Made by a program: the position numbers and the translations under genes. From NCBI GenBank assembly GCA_048882485.1, contig JBHLRP010000014.1, forward strand, positions 1 to 64,000: a stretch of 64,000 bases of DNA, read 5' to 3'. Source of the DNA: Candidatus Thorarchaeota archaeon. Its GTDB lineage: Archaea; Asgardarchaeota; Thorarchaeia; Thorarchaeales; Thorarchaeaceae. Below the pieces are notes generated by a model that was not told the DNA's origin, searched no databases, and saw nothing but the letters and a program-made list of their open reading frames with translations. Shown piece after piece: positions 18,781-29,373 of this stretch; position 1 is the first letter of the stretch, and each line of letters opens with the position of its first letter.

Positions 18781-19239
18781 CTACTGAGGCCCTACCTCAT
18801 TATTCCCCGTAGAGGTAACAAAGCCGATACATGATGTGGATGGTAATTTCCGTCTTATTGCCTGCACATGGGGGCGCATTAGCTTCTCAATGGGTTTCCA
18901 TTTCTGAAAATCCTTCCATTCTAGGTCAACATATCCTAGCAAATGATGAACCATGAAGAGTTCTGCTTTGCCTCCAGCTATAGTATAGATTCCAGTGCCA
19001 TAGTCCATTCGTCGTAGAATCACTATAGGAAGTCTGATTTCATTGTGGAATTTTGAGGGTACCAGCCTCAAGAGTTTAGTTATCTCCTCCATCTTAAGGA
19101 TAGACTTCTCCCCATTTCTGGTTATATAATGCGGGTCTTCTGATTTGGCCAATTCACTCAGAGTGAATCTATTGGCAGGCATGTGGTCATTTATGGAATC
19201 AATCTCATGCTGAACAATCTTGTCAATTGGCGGGGTCAC
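18781..19239 (-). CDS. DUF61/UPF0216 family protein
   Basis: INDHMP..R.TL.EL and IRLPIVIL motifs. Lies downstream of fibrillarin. Confidence 0.75.
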   Translation of the reverse strand: MTPPIDKIVQHEIDSINDHMPANRFTLSELAKSEDPHYITRNGEKSILKMEEITKLLRLVPSKFHNEIRLPIVILRRMDYGTGIYTIAGGKAELFMVHHLLGYVDLEWKDFQKWKPIEKLMRPHVQAIRRKLPSTSCIGFVTSTGNNEVGPQ

Positions 19240-19937
19240 GTTTGCCCCTCCGTGACACGACAGACTATGAACCGATGATCTTTTTCCAAGGGATCAAGGT
19301 TCACATTCTCAATCACCTCAAGACCCTGGGAGTCCAATATGGCTATCTCGCTGCTGTAGATCTCATCAATCGGCGCAGTAGAGTCAATGCTTCTTGCTTT
19401 CAGAGCAATCAGTCCCCATGTACCGAATCCGCAAAAGACACTGATGTTATCGCTGAGAATACGGGCCTGATTCGGTTGTGCAATGTCTTGATAGACTACA
19501 TCAATGGGTCCAGCTATGAATGGGGCATACCTCGTCGGATGTCTTGCGTCCTCAATGATTGGTACGATGTTATTCCGTGATTCAGCCAGTTGGAGGAGTC
19601 CTCGAGCGGTGCGTGCTGAGAACTCAACAGCATACACGATTCCTTGGTCGCCCACAATATCTGAACAGTGACTTACGGTAGTTCCTGATGCTGCACCAAG
19701 ATACAGGACTCTGGACCCTGGCTGGATTGGCATCTCCATGATGCCCTTTTGGATTGCTGCAGCCAGCTTAGACCTTCGAGGATTCCACAAACGAAAGTCG
19801 CCTTTTCCCTCAATGTTCAGGACCTTTTCTCCGTAAACGCTCTGTCCGGAAACAATACTTCGCGTAGCAAGGGATGATTTGGATTTGTCAACGATTTGGA
19901 AGACACCTGGAAACTTGTGACTCTTTACTTCCGTCAT
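19236..19937 (-). CDS. flpA: Fibrillarin-like rRNA/tRNA 2'-O-methyltransferase
   Basis: WNPRRSKLAA, VLYLGAASGTTVSH, DIAQPNQ. Confidence 0.97.
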   Translation of the reverse strand: MTEVKSHKFPGVFQIVDKSKSSLATRSIVSGQSVYGEKVLNIEGKGDFRLWNPRRSKLAAAIQKGIMEMPIQPGSRVLYLGAASGTTVSHCSDIVGDQGIVYAVEFSARTARGLLQLAESRNNIVPIIEDARHPTRYAPFIAGPIDVVYQDIAQPNQARILSDNISVFCGFGTWGLIALKARSIDSTAPIDEIYSSEIAILDSQGLEVIENVNLDPLEKDHRFIVCRVTEGQT

Positions 19938-21184
19938 TTCTTCTTCGCACCTCGTTTTCTCTTTTGCCTAGTGCGGTCTCTCCCTTGTTTTGTTGGCTTC
20001 TTTGTGACCTTCTTTGGAGGCTTTGGCGGTGGTTCCTCTATATTCTGCCTCTGAATCTCACCAACTCTATCCAAGAATTTCTTCTTGAGATCGGTTCCTA
20101 TGTTTCTCTTGGAATACGCATCGATACGCGCAGCAATGGCTATTTTTCCTGCTAGCGCTCTTGCGATTTTTCCTCTCTGCCAGTACGGGGCACTATGAAC
20201 TTCAGGGACTTGATAGATGATTCCATGCTTCGGTGGATCTGATCCAGTTTTCAGACTTCTAAACAGTGCCTTTTCTGCGCCGTAGATTTGGACTGTGCTG
20301 GAAGGTTTCTTTGCTAGTTCCTTCAACGATCCAGCAAGGCTGATTAGGCGAGCCCCTACCATCGGACCAACGAGAGCGGTGATGTTAGGTGCGACGGAAT
20401 CCATCATCTGACCAACATATTCCTCAATCTCACGTCTCTTTGCATAGAGTGTCTGAACAGTAGTTGCCAGGCTTTGTGCGATAGACAAATCATTAGCTTC
20501 GAAAGGCGCTCCTAGGTCTCTGGGCACCGCGCCCATAATACTCTCAATCTGTGAGCCCGAGCATCCTGCCTCTGATAGGCATTCAGAATCGATGCTTGAG
20601 CGGCCTCCACATATGCTCACCACATTTGCAAACACTTCGTGGTCTTCTACTAGGTCGTTCAATGAAGGGTGATGAAGCGAATACCATTCTCTAAGCCTCA
20701 TCGCCAGAATGTTGATCGATCTATCAACCTCACTGATTGCATCTATCGCATGTTTCACAAGAAGGTCCTTCTCCTCACTAGCGGCCGTGATTGTTGCTCG
20801 AGCTATATGGATAGCCATCTCTCGTCTAAATGAAGCAAGATCTTCCTTCTCTTTCACTAGGTCTGCTTTCAATAAGTATGAGTCCTGAGCATCTCGGAAG
20901 GTCTTGAACATAGCTGATGTCTCATTCACACTTATAGGAATCTGAGTCAGGCCAGACAATGCCCGACTCATCATCCCATTCTCAACCACAACAGCATCGA
21001 TGCCAAGATTCGCAAATTCCTTTGCCATATCCTCCAGGAGTTCTGTGGACTGCCCTTTTCCAAGGACTGCGAACTCGGAGGCCATCCTTTCCACATCAGG
21101 ATACACAATCTGTTCCGAGATGACCTTCCCTTTCTCATCAAGCAAGAAGAGACCAAAGCTGGTGAGGACTAGATGGACTTCCAA
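19934..21184 (-). CDS. nop5: Box C/D RNP protein Nop5 (Nop56/58)
   Basis: RLREWY, GAEKALFR, PKHGIIY, RGKIARALA, and a Lys-rich tail. Confidence 0.96.
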   Translation of the reverse strand: MEVHLVLTSFGLFLLDEKGKVISEQIVYPDVERMASEFAVLGKGQSTELLEDMAKEFANLGIDAVVVENGMMSRALSGLTQIPISVNETSAMFKTFRDAQDSYLLKADLVKEKEDLASFRREMAIHIARATITAASEEKDLLVKHAIDAISEVDRSINILAMRLREWYSLHHPSLNDLVEDHEVFANVVSICGGRSSIDSECLSEAGCSGSQIESIMGAVPRDLGAPFEANDLSIAQSLATTVQTLYAKRREIEEYVGQMMDSVAPNITALVGPMVGARLISLAGSLKELAKKPSSTVQIYGAEKALFRSLKTGSDPPKHGIIYQVPEVHSAPYWQRGKIARALAGKIAIAARIDAYSKRNIGTDLKKKFLDRVGEIQRQNIEEPPPKPPKKVTKKPTKQGRDRTRQKRKRGAKKK

Positions 21185-21277
21185 TCTGTTCTACCCCGAG
21201 CTTGATTCACTGCTTGTGAGTCGGATAAGTTTAGTGCTAGACGATGTTTCTTAGCTGCCGTCTACCTTATTACGAGT

Positions 21278-22174
21278 TTGCCACCAAATTGCCTCCTAGG
21301 TGCTCTCTTGAAGATACAAGGATATTGGCTTGCCTCAGGGATTCTGGGAGTCACCAGTTCTACCCTACGTCGCGTTCATGAGTCAGGAGCAGATGCTGTT
21401 GTGACAAAATCCATTGGTCCTGTGCCTAGAAAAGGCCACCCCGGACCAATCCTTGCTACTTCTCATGGAGGATTAATCAATGCAGTAGGTCTTACGAATC
21501 CTGGCATTGACTCTTTCTTGGATGAGATGGCTGCCCTCAAGGATAGTGGTGTTCCAGTTGTCCTCAGTATCTTTGGGACTTCACCCAAAGAGCTAGCTGA
21601 TGTGGCATCCAAGGGTGTGGAGATGAAGCCGGGAGCCATTGAGCTGAATCTGTCTTGCCCTCATGCTGAAATCGCACAGATTGCTCATGACCCCGATCTC
21701 ACATACCAATTTGTGAAAGCTGTGAAGGAGGTCGTAGATTGCCCGATATACGCTAAGATCACTCCCAATGCGTCTGATATTATCGCAGTAGGAATGGCGG
21801 CAGAGCGAGCCGAGGCTGATGCTGTCGTGGCAATCAACACTGTTCGAGCAATGAAGATCGACATTCATCAAAAGCGTCCTATTCTGGGTAACAGAGTCGG
21901 TGGTCTATCTGGCCCTCCCATATTTCCAATTGCTGTAAGGTGCGTATACGACCTTCACAATGCACTCTCAATACCTATCATAGGTGTGGGTGGCGTGACC
22001 ACATGGCAGGATGCTGTAGAGATGCATCTTGCTGGTGCAAGTGCGATTCAAATTGGAACTGCAATGATAGATGGAATTGATGTGTTTAGACATATCAAGG
22101 AGGGCATTCAGAATTATCTCCAAGATGAGGGATTCTCAGAGGTGTCGGAAATAGTGGGTCTAGCTGGGAGGTAG
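21278..22174 (+). CDS. pyrD: Dihydroorotate dehydrogenase, family 1B catalytic subunit
   Basis: TKS, NAVGLTNPG, ELNLSCPH, GGLSG. Confidence 0.93.
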   Translation: MPPNCLLGALLKIQGYWLASGILGVTSSTLRRVHESGADAVVTKSIGPVPRKGHPGPILATSHGGLINAVGLTNPGIDSFLDEMAALKDSGVPVVLSIFGTSPKELADVASKGVEMKPGAIELNLSCPHAEIAQIAHDPDLTYQFVKAVKEVVDCPIYAKITPNASDIIAVGMAAERAEADAVVAINTVRAMKIDIHQKRPILGNRVGGLSGPPIFPIAVRCVYDLHNALSIPIIGVGGVTTWQDAVEMHLAGASAIQIGTAMIDGIDVFRHIKEGIQNYLQDEGFSEVSEIVGLAGR

Positions 22175-22179
22175 GTGTC

Positions 22180-23004
22180 TTGGATTTTGATAGACTAATG
22201 GGCCGTCCGATATCTGTTAGAGTCACCAACGTGATTGATGAGAGCGATAACACTCGAACAATCAATTTCAACTATCCATTTAGTGACACTCACTTCCAAT
22301 CCGGCCAATTCATGATGATCTGGGTTCCAGGTGTTGATGAGATTCCAATGAGTGTGTCATACTGGAATCCTCCCGATGCTGGAGTAACAGTGGCACCTAT
22401 CGGCGAAGCAACCAATGCTTTGGCTTCATTGAGTGTTGGTCAGCTAATTGGAATTCGTGGACCATTTGGTACTGCTTTCAATGCAGATGCCAAGAAGGCA
22501 CTTGTGGTTGGTGGTGGCATAGGGATGGCACCATTGAAACCACTCACGTATGAATTGCTTGACAAAAAGGCGCATGTCACATTGCTGATTGCCGCGAGGA
22601 CAAAAGGAGAACTCGTGTATTTGAATGAGTTTAAGGGTCTTGGAGGCGATAAATTCCGGCTTCAGACATCTACTGATGATGGATCTATGGGTTACAAAGG
22701 ACTTGCAACTGATGCTGTCAAGGAGATTCTAGAGGGAGAAATTCCGGATACAATCTTTACATGCGGTCCTGAACTGATGATGTTGGGCCTCTACGAGTTG
22801 GCAAAGGAGTACGATATTTTCTTTCAAGCTTCACTAGAGCGTTTCATGAAGTGTGGATGTGGGATCTGTGGGACTTGTGCCCTTGATCCTACGGGTGACC
22901 TCGTCTGTATTGAAGGTCCTGTCTTTGACGGTGACCAACTATCAAATATTACTGAGTTTGGAAAATACCATCGTGATTCGATGGGCTTAAAGAAACAGTG
23001 CTGA
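22180..23004 (+). CDS. pyrK: Dihydroorotate dehydrogenase electron-transfer subunit
   Basis: RGPFG, GGGIGMAP, CGP, MKCGCGICGTC...C.EGPVF. Confidence 0.93.
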   Translation: MDFDRLMGRPISVRVTNVIDESDNTRTINFNYPFSDTHFQSGQFMMIWVPGVDEIPMSVSYWNPPDAGVTVAPIGEATNALASLSVGQLIGIRGPFGTAFNADAKKALVVGGGIGMAPLKPLTYELLDKKAHVTLLIAARTKGELVYLNEFKGLGGDKFRLQTSTDDGSMGYKGLATDAVKEILEGEIPDTIFTCGPELMMLGLYELAKEYDIFFQASLERFMKCGCGICGTCALDPTGDLVCIEGPVFDGDQLSNITEFGKYHRDSMGLKKQC

Positions 23005-23006
23005 AG

Positions 23007-23174
23007 CTACCTAGTCTTCGCCTGTCCGACCAACTTCCCTTTAACAAATCGCTTTGTGAAGTTTCTCTTATTGCGAACTCGAGGAATAGGTGTGTGGCGT
23101 TCACGCCCTTTGACCTTTGGAGTTGACTCTCGGACCTTTCCAGCCTTTGTCAATGAACCATGTGAACCAGGCAT
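23007..23174 (-). CDS. rps30e: 30S ribosomal protein S30e (not in the ORF track)
   Basis: Manual translation [62 protein letters not shown] upstream. Confidence 0.93.
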   Translation of the reverse strand: MPGSHGSLTKAGKVRESTPKVKGRERHTPIPRVRNKRNFTKRFVKGKLVGQAKTR

Positions 23175-23305
23175 ATTGTTTACCTCTCCGGTTGTATATC
23201 TGGAAAACTTGTTGTTGTTTTAAGGATTACCTTGTGGAAGGGCATCTGCAACGCGTTTTGGAAGACCGCATCCTTTAACCGGATACTGGGGTCTAGCCCC
23301 TTAGA

Positions 23306-24904
23306 ATGCCTCTTTCAGATGACTATGCATTGTATAGAGAGATCATCGAATCCCTTCTTAGTTCAGAAAAGGTACTTGACCGACGTGAGATAAATCGAAT
23401 CAAGAGCAAATTCTGTGGATTGCATAAGGCATCCCGAGTCCCATCAAATGCAGATGTGTTGCAAGCGGCAATCCCTGAAGAACTAGAAATACTTCAACCT
23501 CTGATGCAGAAGCGACCTGTTCGTACAGTCTCTGGGGTCGCTGTTGTAGCTGTGATGACGGAGCCCCATAAGTGTCCTCATGGGGAGTGTGCCTATTGTC
23601 CAGGTGGCCCCGATGCCGGAGTTCCGCAGAGCTACACAGGTCATGAACCTGCCACAATGAGAGGGCTGCAAAACGATTTTGATTCATTTAGGCAGGTAGA
23701 GAGCAGATTAAATCAGTTAGACACGATCGGCCACTCTGTTCAGAAGGTGGAACTAATAGTCATGGGTGGCGATTGGTGCTCAAAGGAGCCCGGCTACAGG
23801 GAGTCATTTGTCAAGGGCTGTTTCGATGCAATGAACGGGATAGTCAGCGAGAGTTTGAATGAATCACAGAAGACGAATGAAACAGCGGAGGTTCGCAACG
23901 TAGGACTCACATTCGAAACTCGCCCAGACTGGGTGAATCCCGAAAACATCGATAGCATGCTGGAAATGGGTGCTACCCGTGTGGAAATCGGTGTTCAAAC
24001 GCTCTCGGATGAGGTTCTGGAACGCGTGCAGAGAGGACACCGACTTGAACAGACCATCCAAGCCACAAAGATGCTCAGAGATAGCGGACTGAAAGCATGC
24101 TACCATATGATGCCGGGTCTACCTGGAAATACTCCAGACTCAGACCTTGCAGACTTTGAAGCATTGTTCACTGATTCTAGGTTTCAACCAGACATGCTGA
24201 AGATCTATCCTACACTTGTGGTTAAGAATACAAAGCTGTTCGAATGGTGGAAACAGGGAATATACAGTCCCTATTCTAATGATCAAGTCGTGGAACTAGT
24301 TTCCAATGCAGTCAGTAGGATGCCCGAGTATGTTCGTATACAACGGATGCAGAGGGACATTCCACTCCATCAGATAGAAGCTGGTTTCAGCATAGGCAAC
24401 CTTCGAGAGCTGGTACATAACCGTATGAGTGAGAGAGGACTGAGAAACCCAACGATTCGATACCGAGAGATTGGCCACTTTCAAATGCGGACAGGAAAAA
24501 AGGTGAGTTATGAAGACATTGAGCTGGTACGTCGCGATTATGAGGCTGCAGATGGTCTGGAGGTATTCCTCTCCTTCGAAGAGCAGAGTCTAGGTGTCAT
24601 CTTTGGATTCCTCAGACTTCGCATGCCCAGTGATGAGGCTCACCGCCCCGAGATTAATCATAGTCCCTGCGCCATTATTAGGGAACTCAGAGTCTATGGT
24701 CCAGTTGTAGAGATAGGCGAGAGGAATCCGGATGCATGGCAGCATTTGGGTCTAGGAGACCGCATGCTCAAAGAGGCAGAGCGAATCGCGCTCGAGGATT
24801 TCCAAGTCAACAGATTGATTGTGAACAGCGGAATTGGAGTCAAGGAATACTATCGCGCTCTTGGATTCAACGATACAGGGCCTTATCTTGAGAAAATTAT
24901 TTAG
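23306..24904 (+). CDS. elp3: Elp3 tRNA uridine(34) acetyltransferase (radical SAM + GNAT)
   Basis: RTVSGVAVVAVM, CPHGECAYCPGG, ETRPD, IRELRVYG, WQHLGLG. Confidence 0.96.
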   Translation: MPLSDDYALYREIIESLLSSEKVLDRREINRIKSKFCGLHKASRVPSNADVLQAAIPEELEILQPLMQKRPVRTVSGVAVVAVMTEPHKCPHGECAYCPGGPDAGVPQSYTGHEPATMRGLQNDFDSFRQVESRLNQLDTIGHSVQKVELIVMGGDWCSKEPGYRESFVKGCFDAMNGIVSESLNESQKTNETAEVRNVGLTFETRPDWVNPENIDSMLEMGATRVEIGVQTLSDEVLERVQRGHRLEQTIQATKMLRDSGLKACYHMMPGLPGNTPDSDLADFEALFTDSRFQPDMLKIYPTLVVKNTKLFEWWKQGIYSPYSNDQVVELVSNAVSRMPEYVRIQRMQRDIPLHQIEAGFSIGNLRELVHNRMSERGLRNPTIRYREIGHFQMRTGKKVSYEDIELVRRDYEAADGLEVFLSFEEQSLGVIFGFLRLRMPSDEAHRPEINHSPCAIIRELRVYGPVVEIGERNPDAWQHLGLGDRMLKEAERIALEDFQVNRLIVNSGIGVKEYYRALGFNDTGPYLEKII

Positions 24905-25689
24905 AACACGTGTTCCAAAAGATCGTCTAGCACTCGATTGAACTCGGTGGGATTCTCTAGATTGGAGGCATGTCCGGCATCCGGAACAATGACCTTCTTT
25001 GAGTTCTCAATCAGCTCTATCATCTTGTCTGCATGCGGAAAGACCGCCTTTCGTTCATTCTCGCCCAATACCACAAGAGTTGGTACTTTGATGCTGGCAA
25101 GGTCAAGCAGCTTAAAGCCATAGATAGCATCCATCAGCTTGAGAAACTCCGTCTGTTTCATCCGAAGTTGGTCCTGGATCAGATACTCTCTCACATCCTC
25201 CTTCATGTTGAAGTACTTGAATGACCATCTAGCATAGTCTTCTGGAGTCTTTCTTCGAATATACCATTTGATCAGACTCACTGGGAACATCCATTTCTGA
25301 AGCTTGTCCGAGAGGGTCAGTGCCGAGGCTACAGCAGTATCTGCAAGCACAAGTCCCGAAAGATTAGATTGATACTTCACGGCATACTGCTGGGCTATCA
25401 TCCCTCCAAGAGAGAGACCACAGACGACGGGTCTTTCTATCTCTAGTGCGGTTATCAGGCCATTCAAATCATCTGCAAAGAGCTCACAGCTGTACTTCCT
25501 ATCAGACCCACCTGACTTACCATGCCCTCTTATGTCGTATGTCACGACTTTGTAGCGGTCGGACAAGTGCTTAACCTGAGGGTGCCAGTTATCATGAGAA
25601 CCAGCTGCGCCATGGACAAACAAGATTGGTTCTCCCTTCCCGGTTATTTCGTAGTAGGTTTCAATGTCATCTGTCGGGACTGAGGGCAT
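24901..25689 (-). CDS. Alpha/beta hydrolase
   Basis: HG, DIRGHG, GLSLGG nucleophile elbow, AGH. Confidence 0.9.
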   Translation of the reverse strand: MPSVPTDDIETYYEITGKGEPILFVHGAAGSHDNWHPQVKHLSDRYKVVTYDIRGHGKSGGSDRKYSCELFADDLNGLITALEIERPVVCGLSLGGMIAQQYAVKYQSNLSGLVLADTAVASALTLSDKLQKWMFPVSLIKWYIRRKTPEDYARWSFKYFNMKEDVREYLIQDQLRMKQTEFLKLMDAIYGFKLLDLASIKVPTLVVLGENERKAVFPHADKMIELIENSKKVIVPDAGHASNLENPTEFNRVLDDLLEHVF

Positions 25690-25779
25690 GAACTACTTGA
25701 GGGGGTCCTGTGAGATAAATTCTCTTTCATGCTCCATCTGAAAGAAGAGTTAAAACTCAGAAGTCCTTCTGAGGAAAGC

Positions 25780-27051
25780 ATGAAAGACGTATGGCTGGTC
25801 GATTATGCACGAACCCCATTCTCACGGTCACGTCCAAATAAGCCAGAAACTGACGTCTTCGGTGAGATTAGGGGAGATGAGCTCCTATCACGATTGCTGA
25901 TGAAGTTCTTTGATGGATCTCTAGCAAGTAAAGGAATTGAGAAGAAGGACATCGATGAAATCACCGTCGGCGTGGCCTCCGGAGTCCTTGAGAACTGGAC
26001 CTATGGGGGCAAGATTCCTGCCTTCCTGTCAGGATTTCCACATGATGTTCCCTCTATCTTTGTTGACCGTCAGTGTGGATCTGCAGGCTCTGGAATGCAT
26101 ATTGGCATCATGGAGATTATGACAGGATACAGCAAAACAGTGCTATCAACGGGGTTTGAGCATATGACCCGAGTGAGAGGGAAAGGTGTTGAACCTAACC
26201 TGTCTTTCGGTGACGAAACTTCAGAATTCTACCGTCCCGGTCTAGATGTCGCGACTGTATTCAACATGTTACAGACAGCTCAAAAGCTATACGAGGAGGA
26301 GGTTCCCACCTTTACCAAGGAGGACATGGACAAATTCGGTGTCAGAAGTCACAATTTAACCGTAAAGAACCAGGAGAGCGGATGGTTCAAGGGGGAGATT
26401 ATCCCTATGGATGGACATGCGCCCGGCAATGGAGATGAACCCTTTCTGGTTGACAGGGATTTGAGTGCACGACCATCAACGCTTGAGAAGGTTTCAACCC
26501 TGCCAAGAGTATCAACCCCCTTCTTCCTTGAGAAAAATGGTGGAAAAGAGGGCTATGTCAAGCGAGAGGGGACTGATGAGGGAGTAATCACACCAGGGAA
26601 TGCTTCACCTCTCAATGCAGGTGCCACAGCCGCGGTTTTAATGGAGGCAAAGGAGGCTGAAAAGCGAGGTGTGGAGCCCATGGCAAGAATAGTTTCCATG
26701 GGGTGGGCTGGAGTTGATCCAACTGTAATGGGTCGAGGTCCTGTACCTGCTACCAAAAAGGCTCTCAAGCATGCAGGATTAAGCGTCGAAGATATAGACT
26801 ATTGGGAGATAAATGAGGCCTTCTGCATTGTTGCCCTCAATTGCATGGATAAACTGAACATTCCAGAGGAGAAAGTGAATGTGATGGGTGGTTCTACTGC
26901 TATTGGACATCCTCTGGGTTCAACCATGATCAGGCTGACTGGTACTCTGGCGAGAATTCTCAAAGATAAGAAAGCGAAATATGGAGTGGCCAATGCCTGT
27001 GTGGGCGGCGGACAGGGTGTCGCTACAGTCATTGAGAATCCAGACGCCTAG
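25780..27051 (+). CDS. Acetyl-CoA C-acyltransferase (thiolase)
   Basis: RTPF, RQCGS, NEAF, GHPLG, CVGGGQG. Confidence 0.93.
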   Translation: MKDVWLVDYARTPFSRSRPNKPETDVFGEIRGDELLSRLLMKFFDGSLASKGIEKKDIDEITVGVASGVLENWTYGGKIPAFLSGFPHDVPSIFVDRQCGSAGSGMHIGIMEIMTGYSKTVLSTGFEHMTRVRGKGVEPNLSFGDETSEFYRPGLDVATVFNMLQTAQKLYEEEVPTFTKEDMDKFGVRSHNLTVKNQESGWFKGEIIPMDGHAPGNGDEPFLVDRDLSARPSTLEKVSTLPRVSTPFFLEKNGGKEGYVKREGTDEGVITPGNASPLNAGATAAVLMEAKEAEKRGVEPMARIVSMGWAGVDPTVMGRGPVPATKKALKHAGLSVEDIDYWEINEAFCIVALNCMDKLNIPEEKVNVMGGSTAIGHPLGSTMIRLTGTLARILKDKKAKYGVANACVGGGQGVATVIENPDA

Positions 27052-27079
27052 TGTGAGCACAGCATAAAGTACGGGTTGG

Positions 27080-27697
27080 ATGATAGTCATGAATCTATTT
27101 CAAATTCTAGCAGTTTGTGGAATGCTCAGTCCAATCATCTATACCCTGATGTGGATCATTGGGGGAATCATCCAATCGGACTACAGTCATGTTCGAGATG
27201 ATGTCAGCTCTCTCATGGCAGTTGATGCTCCCAACAAGAAGCTGTTTGACAAGTTCATCATTACGTCAAGCACACTCCTTTTCGTCTTCTATCTTGGGCT
27301 TCATTGGGGAGTGAATAATGGAGTAGGCTCAATAATTGGGCCTATTCTATTCATAATCGGTGGATTCCTTGGAGTGCTTGTTGCGCTATTCTTCCCACTA
27401 GATGCAGGTGGTGAAATCGTTACCAGTCGAGGAAAGATGCATCTCATCTTGGTTGCAATTTCTGGGATTTTGACAACTGCCGGGATGGTGGCATTGTGGT
27501 TTAGATTAGAATCAGTGACTGAATGGAGCGGTTTTGCGACATTTTCTTTGATTTCAGCAGTAGTTACACTAATCTTCGTCATAATCTCATCAGTTACTGC
27601 CACGAGCATCTACTTCGGTGTGATTGAGCGGCTTATGGTCAGTTCCTATCAGATCTACTACTTCGTCTTAGCCTTGATGGTATTCCTGACCAATTAG
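27080..27697 (+). CDS. DUF998-like membrane protein
   Basis: YSHVRDDVSSL, FPLD, H, GVIERL. About 5 TM segments. Confidence 0.7.
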   Translation: MIVMNLFQILAVCGMLSPIIYTLMWIIGGIIQSDYSHVRDDVSSLMAVDAPNKKLFDKFIITSSTLLFVFYLGLHWGVNNGVGSIIGPILFIIGGFLGVLVALFFPLDAGGEIVTSRGKMHLILVAISGILTTAGMVALWFRLESVTEWSGFATFSLISAVVTLIFVIISSVTATSIYFGVIERLMVSSYQIYYFVLALMVFLTN

Positions 27698-27781
27698 TGA
27701 CAAGAACTCCTGCTGCCTTACTCGGACTAAACGAGGGTCCAATGCCATAGGATACTACCATGTTATCTACCGAGAGTAGTT

Positions 27782-28120
27782 TCATATGGCACGTGGTCTG
27801 TCTTGGGTCTTCAGACGAACCATCTCGGTTCCTAACTCAGCATCTTCCCAACTGCCTGCCTGAGTGATCATATTGCTCCGCACCCAAAGAACAAGCTCGG
27901 CTTCATCCTGAATCCTTCCAACCAAGGCAATCTCGGCAGGAAGCACCAAAATCACTAGTCCGGGTAACACTGTAAGAGGCAGAACCAGCAAGAATGCTAG
28001 AGCCACGCAAACTGCGCAACGCATCGACCTCAAAATGATGAAGCGTTTCAGGAGCGGCTTTGGTACCAAGGCATATCTCATGTGCTCAGGTACAGCTTTC
28101 GTTCGCTGAAACTTTTCCAT
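27782..28120 (-). CDS. Small hypothetical membrane protein
   Basis: 112 aa with a hydrophobic hairpin. GGTGG SD upstream of the ATG. Confidence 0.55.
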   Translation of the reverse strand: MEKFQRTKAVPEHMRYALVPKPLLKRFIILRSMRCAVCVALAFLLVLPLTVLPGLVILVLPAEIALVGRIQDEAELVLWVRSNMITQAGSWEDAELGTEMVRLKTQDRPRAI

Positions 28121-28257
28121 TGTAATACCACCACGAATACTCTACTATAGATGAATTGATTATATAGCTCTATGTTCAACGCAATAGTTTGCTTTTCAGC
28201 ACCAATCCGTTTCTATTCCGACAGACTTACATTCGAATGCCATTTGCCTTCTAGGAA

Positions 28258-28656
28258 GTGAAGCCTTTGACTTCTATTGAGAAACTCAATGAAACACTCG
28301 GTAGAATTCTATTAATCTGGAGTATCTCAAGTGTCATATTTGGCATTGCACTGTATTTCTTCTCTTTCAACCCACTAGTCCAAGGAATAGGCCTCCAAGC
28401 TATGCTCTGGGGCTTTATCAACCTCGCACTTGCGTTCATACTTTTAAAACGAAAAGAGCACACTCTAGAGAAAACCAGACGAGAACTATCCGCAAGCCTT
28501 GCTCTCGATTTCATCTACCCAATCATCGGTCTACCACTTATTCTCTTGGGGCAAGATGCATATCTCGTAGGGAATGGATATGGAATCATCATCCAAGGAG
28601 CGTTTCTTCTTGTGCTCGACCTCTCTTTTTTCAGGAGATTCAGACAACTCTCCTGA
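28258..28656 (+). CDS. Hypothetical membrane protein
   Basis: 132 aa with 4 TM segments, including GIGLQ..WG and GIIIQGAFL..LD. Confidence 0.7.
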   Translation: MKPLTSIEKLNETLGRILLIWSISSVIFGIALYFFSFNPLVQGIGLQAMLWGFINLALAFILLKRKEHTLEKTRRELSASLALDFIYPIIGLPLILLGQDAYLVGNGYGIIIQGAFLLVLDLSFFRRFRQLS

Positions 28657-28755
28657 CCCCTGATGATTCATTCTTTTAACCCGTCCGTGAATTATGACGT
28701 ATCTAAGTATAGCGAGCTAACCTCTTTCAGTAGAATAGAGCTATTATCGGAAAAG

Positions 28756-28843
28756 TGGCGCCGAGGGTGAGATTTGAACTCACGGGTCCATAGGACACTG
28801 GTTTTCAAGACCAGCGCCGTAATCCGGGCTTGGCTACCTCGGC
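28756..28843 (-). tRNA. tRNA-Ser(TGA)
   Basis: Reverse complement GCCGAGG...CTGGT-CTTGAAA-ACCAG, long variable arm, TTCAAAT, G73 and CCA. Confidence 0.95.
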
Positions 28844-28931
28844 ATCATTGTCAATACCCTATAAGGTGCGACGGCTGCAAACGGTTGGAAACGCCTTTTA
28901 AGCTTCTTGTAGTGGTGAGCGTTGGAGAAGA

Positions 28932-29369
28932 ATGACAGCCGAGCGCGGATACAAGTATCATGATCACACAGCCGACATTACAGTCGAATGCTGGGCTCCA
29001 ACTCTGGAAGAAGCATTTGAGGAGGCTGCACTTGGCGCATTAGAGGTGATATTGGACACGTCGACAGTTAATCCTGTCGAATCCGTAGATGTAACAGTAC
29101 ATGGAATCGATCTCGAAGAGCTTTTAGTTGAGTGGATTGGCCACTTGATTGCACTTATTGACATCAACTCGCAGTTCTACTCAAAATTTGAGTTACTGGA
29201 GATTTCCAAGAATGCAAAGGGCTTCATTCTGAATGCTCGTGTATGGGGTGAAGACATCGACCTTGAGCGCCATGATACCCGAACCGAAGTAAAGGCTATG
29301 ACATATGCTGATATGAACATTGAACAGGAAGCGGTCCGTACCACGCTCCGATTCACGTTAGATCTATAG
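28932..29369 (+). CDS. Archease
   Basis: DHTADI and EVKAMTY motifs, C-terminal LDL. Confidence 0.93.
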   Translation: MTAERGYKYHDHTADITVECWAPTLEEAFEEAALGALEVILDTSTVNPVESVDVTVHGIDLEELLVEWIGHLIALIDINSQFYSKFELLEISKNAKGFILNARVWGEDIDLERHDTRTEVKAMTYADMNIEQEAVRTTLRFTLDL

Positions 29370-29373
29370 AGGG

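Noticed and set aside
19934-21184. Nop-domain protein as a TIGR-Tas-like RNA-guided effector
   Set aside because: It is a full-length canonical Nop5 coupled to fibrillarin, with no nuclease domain and no periodic repeat array nearby.
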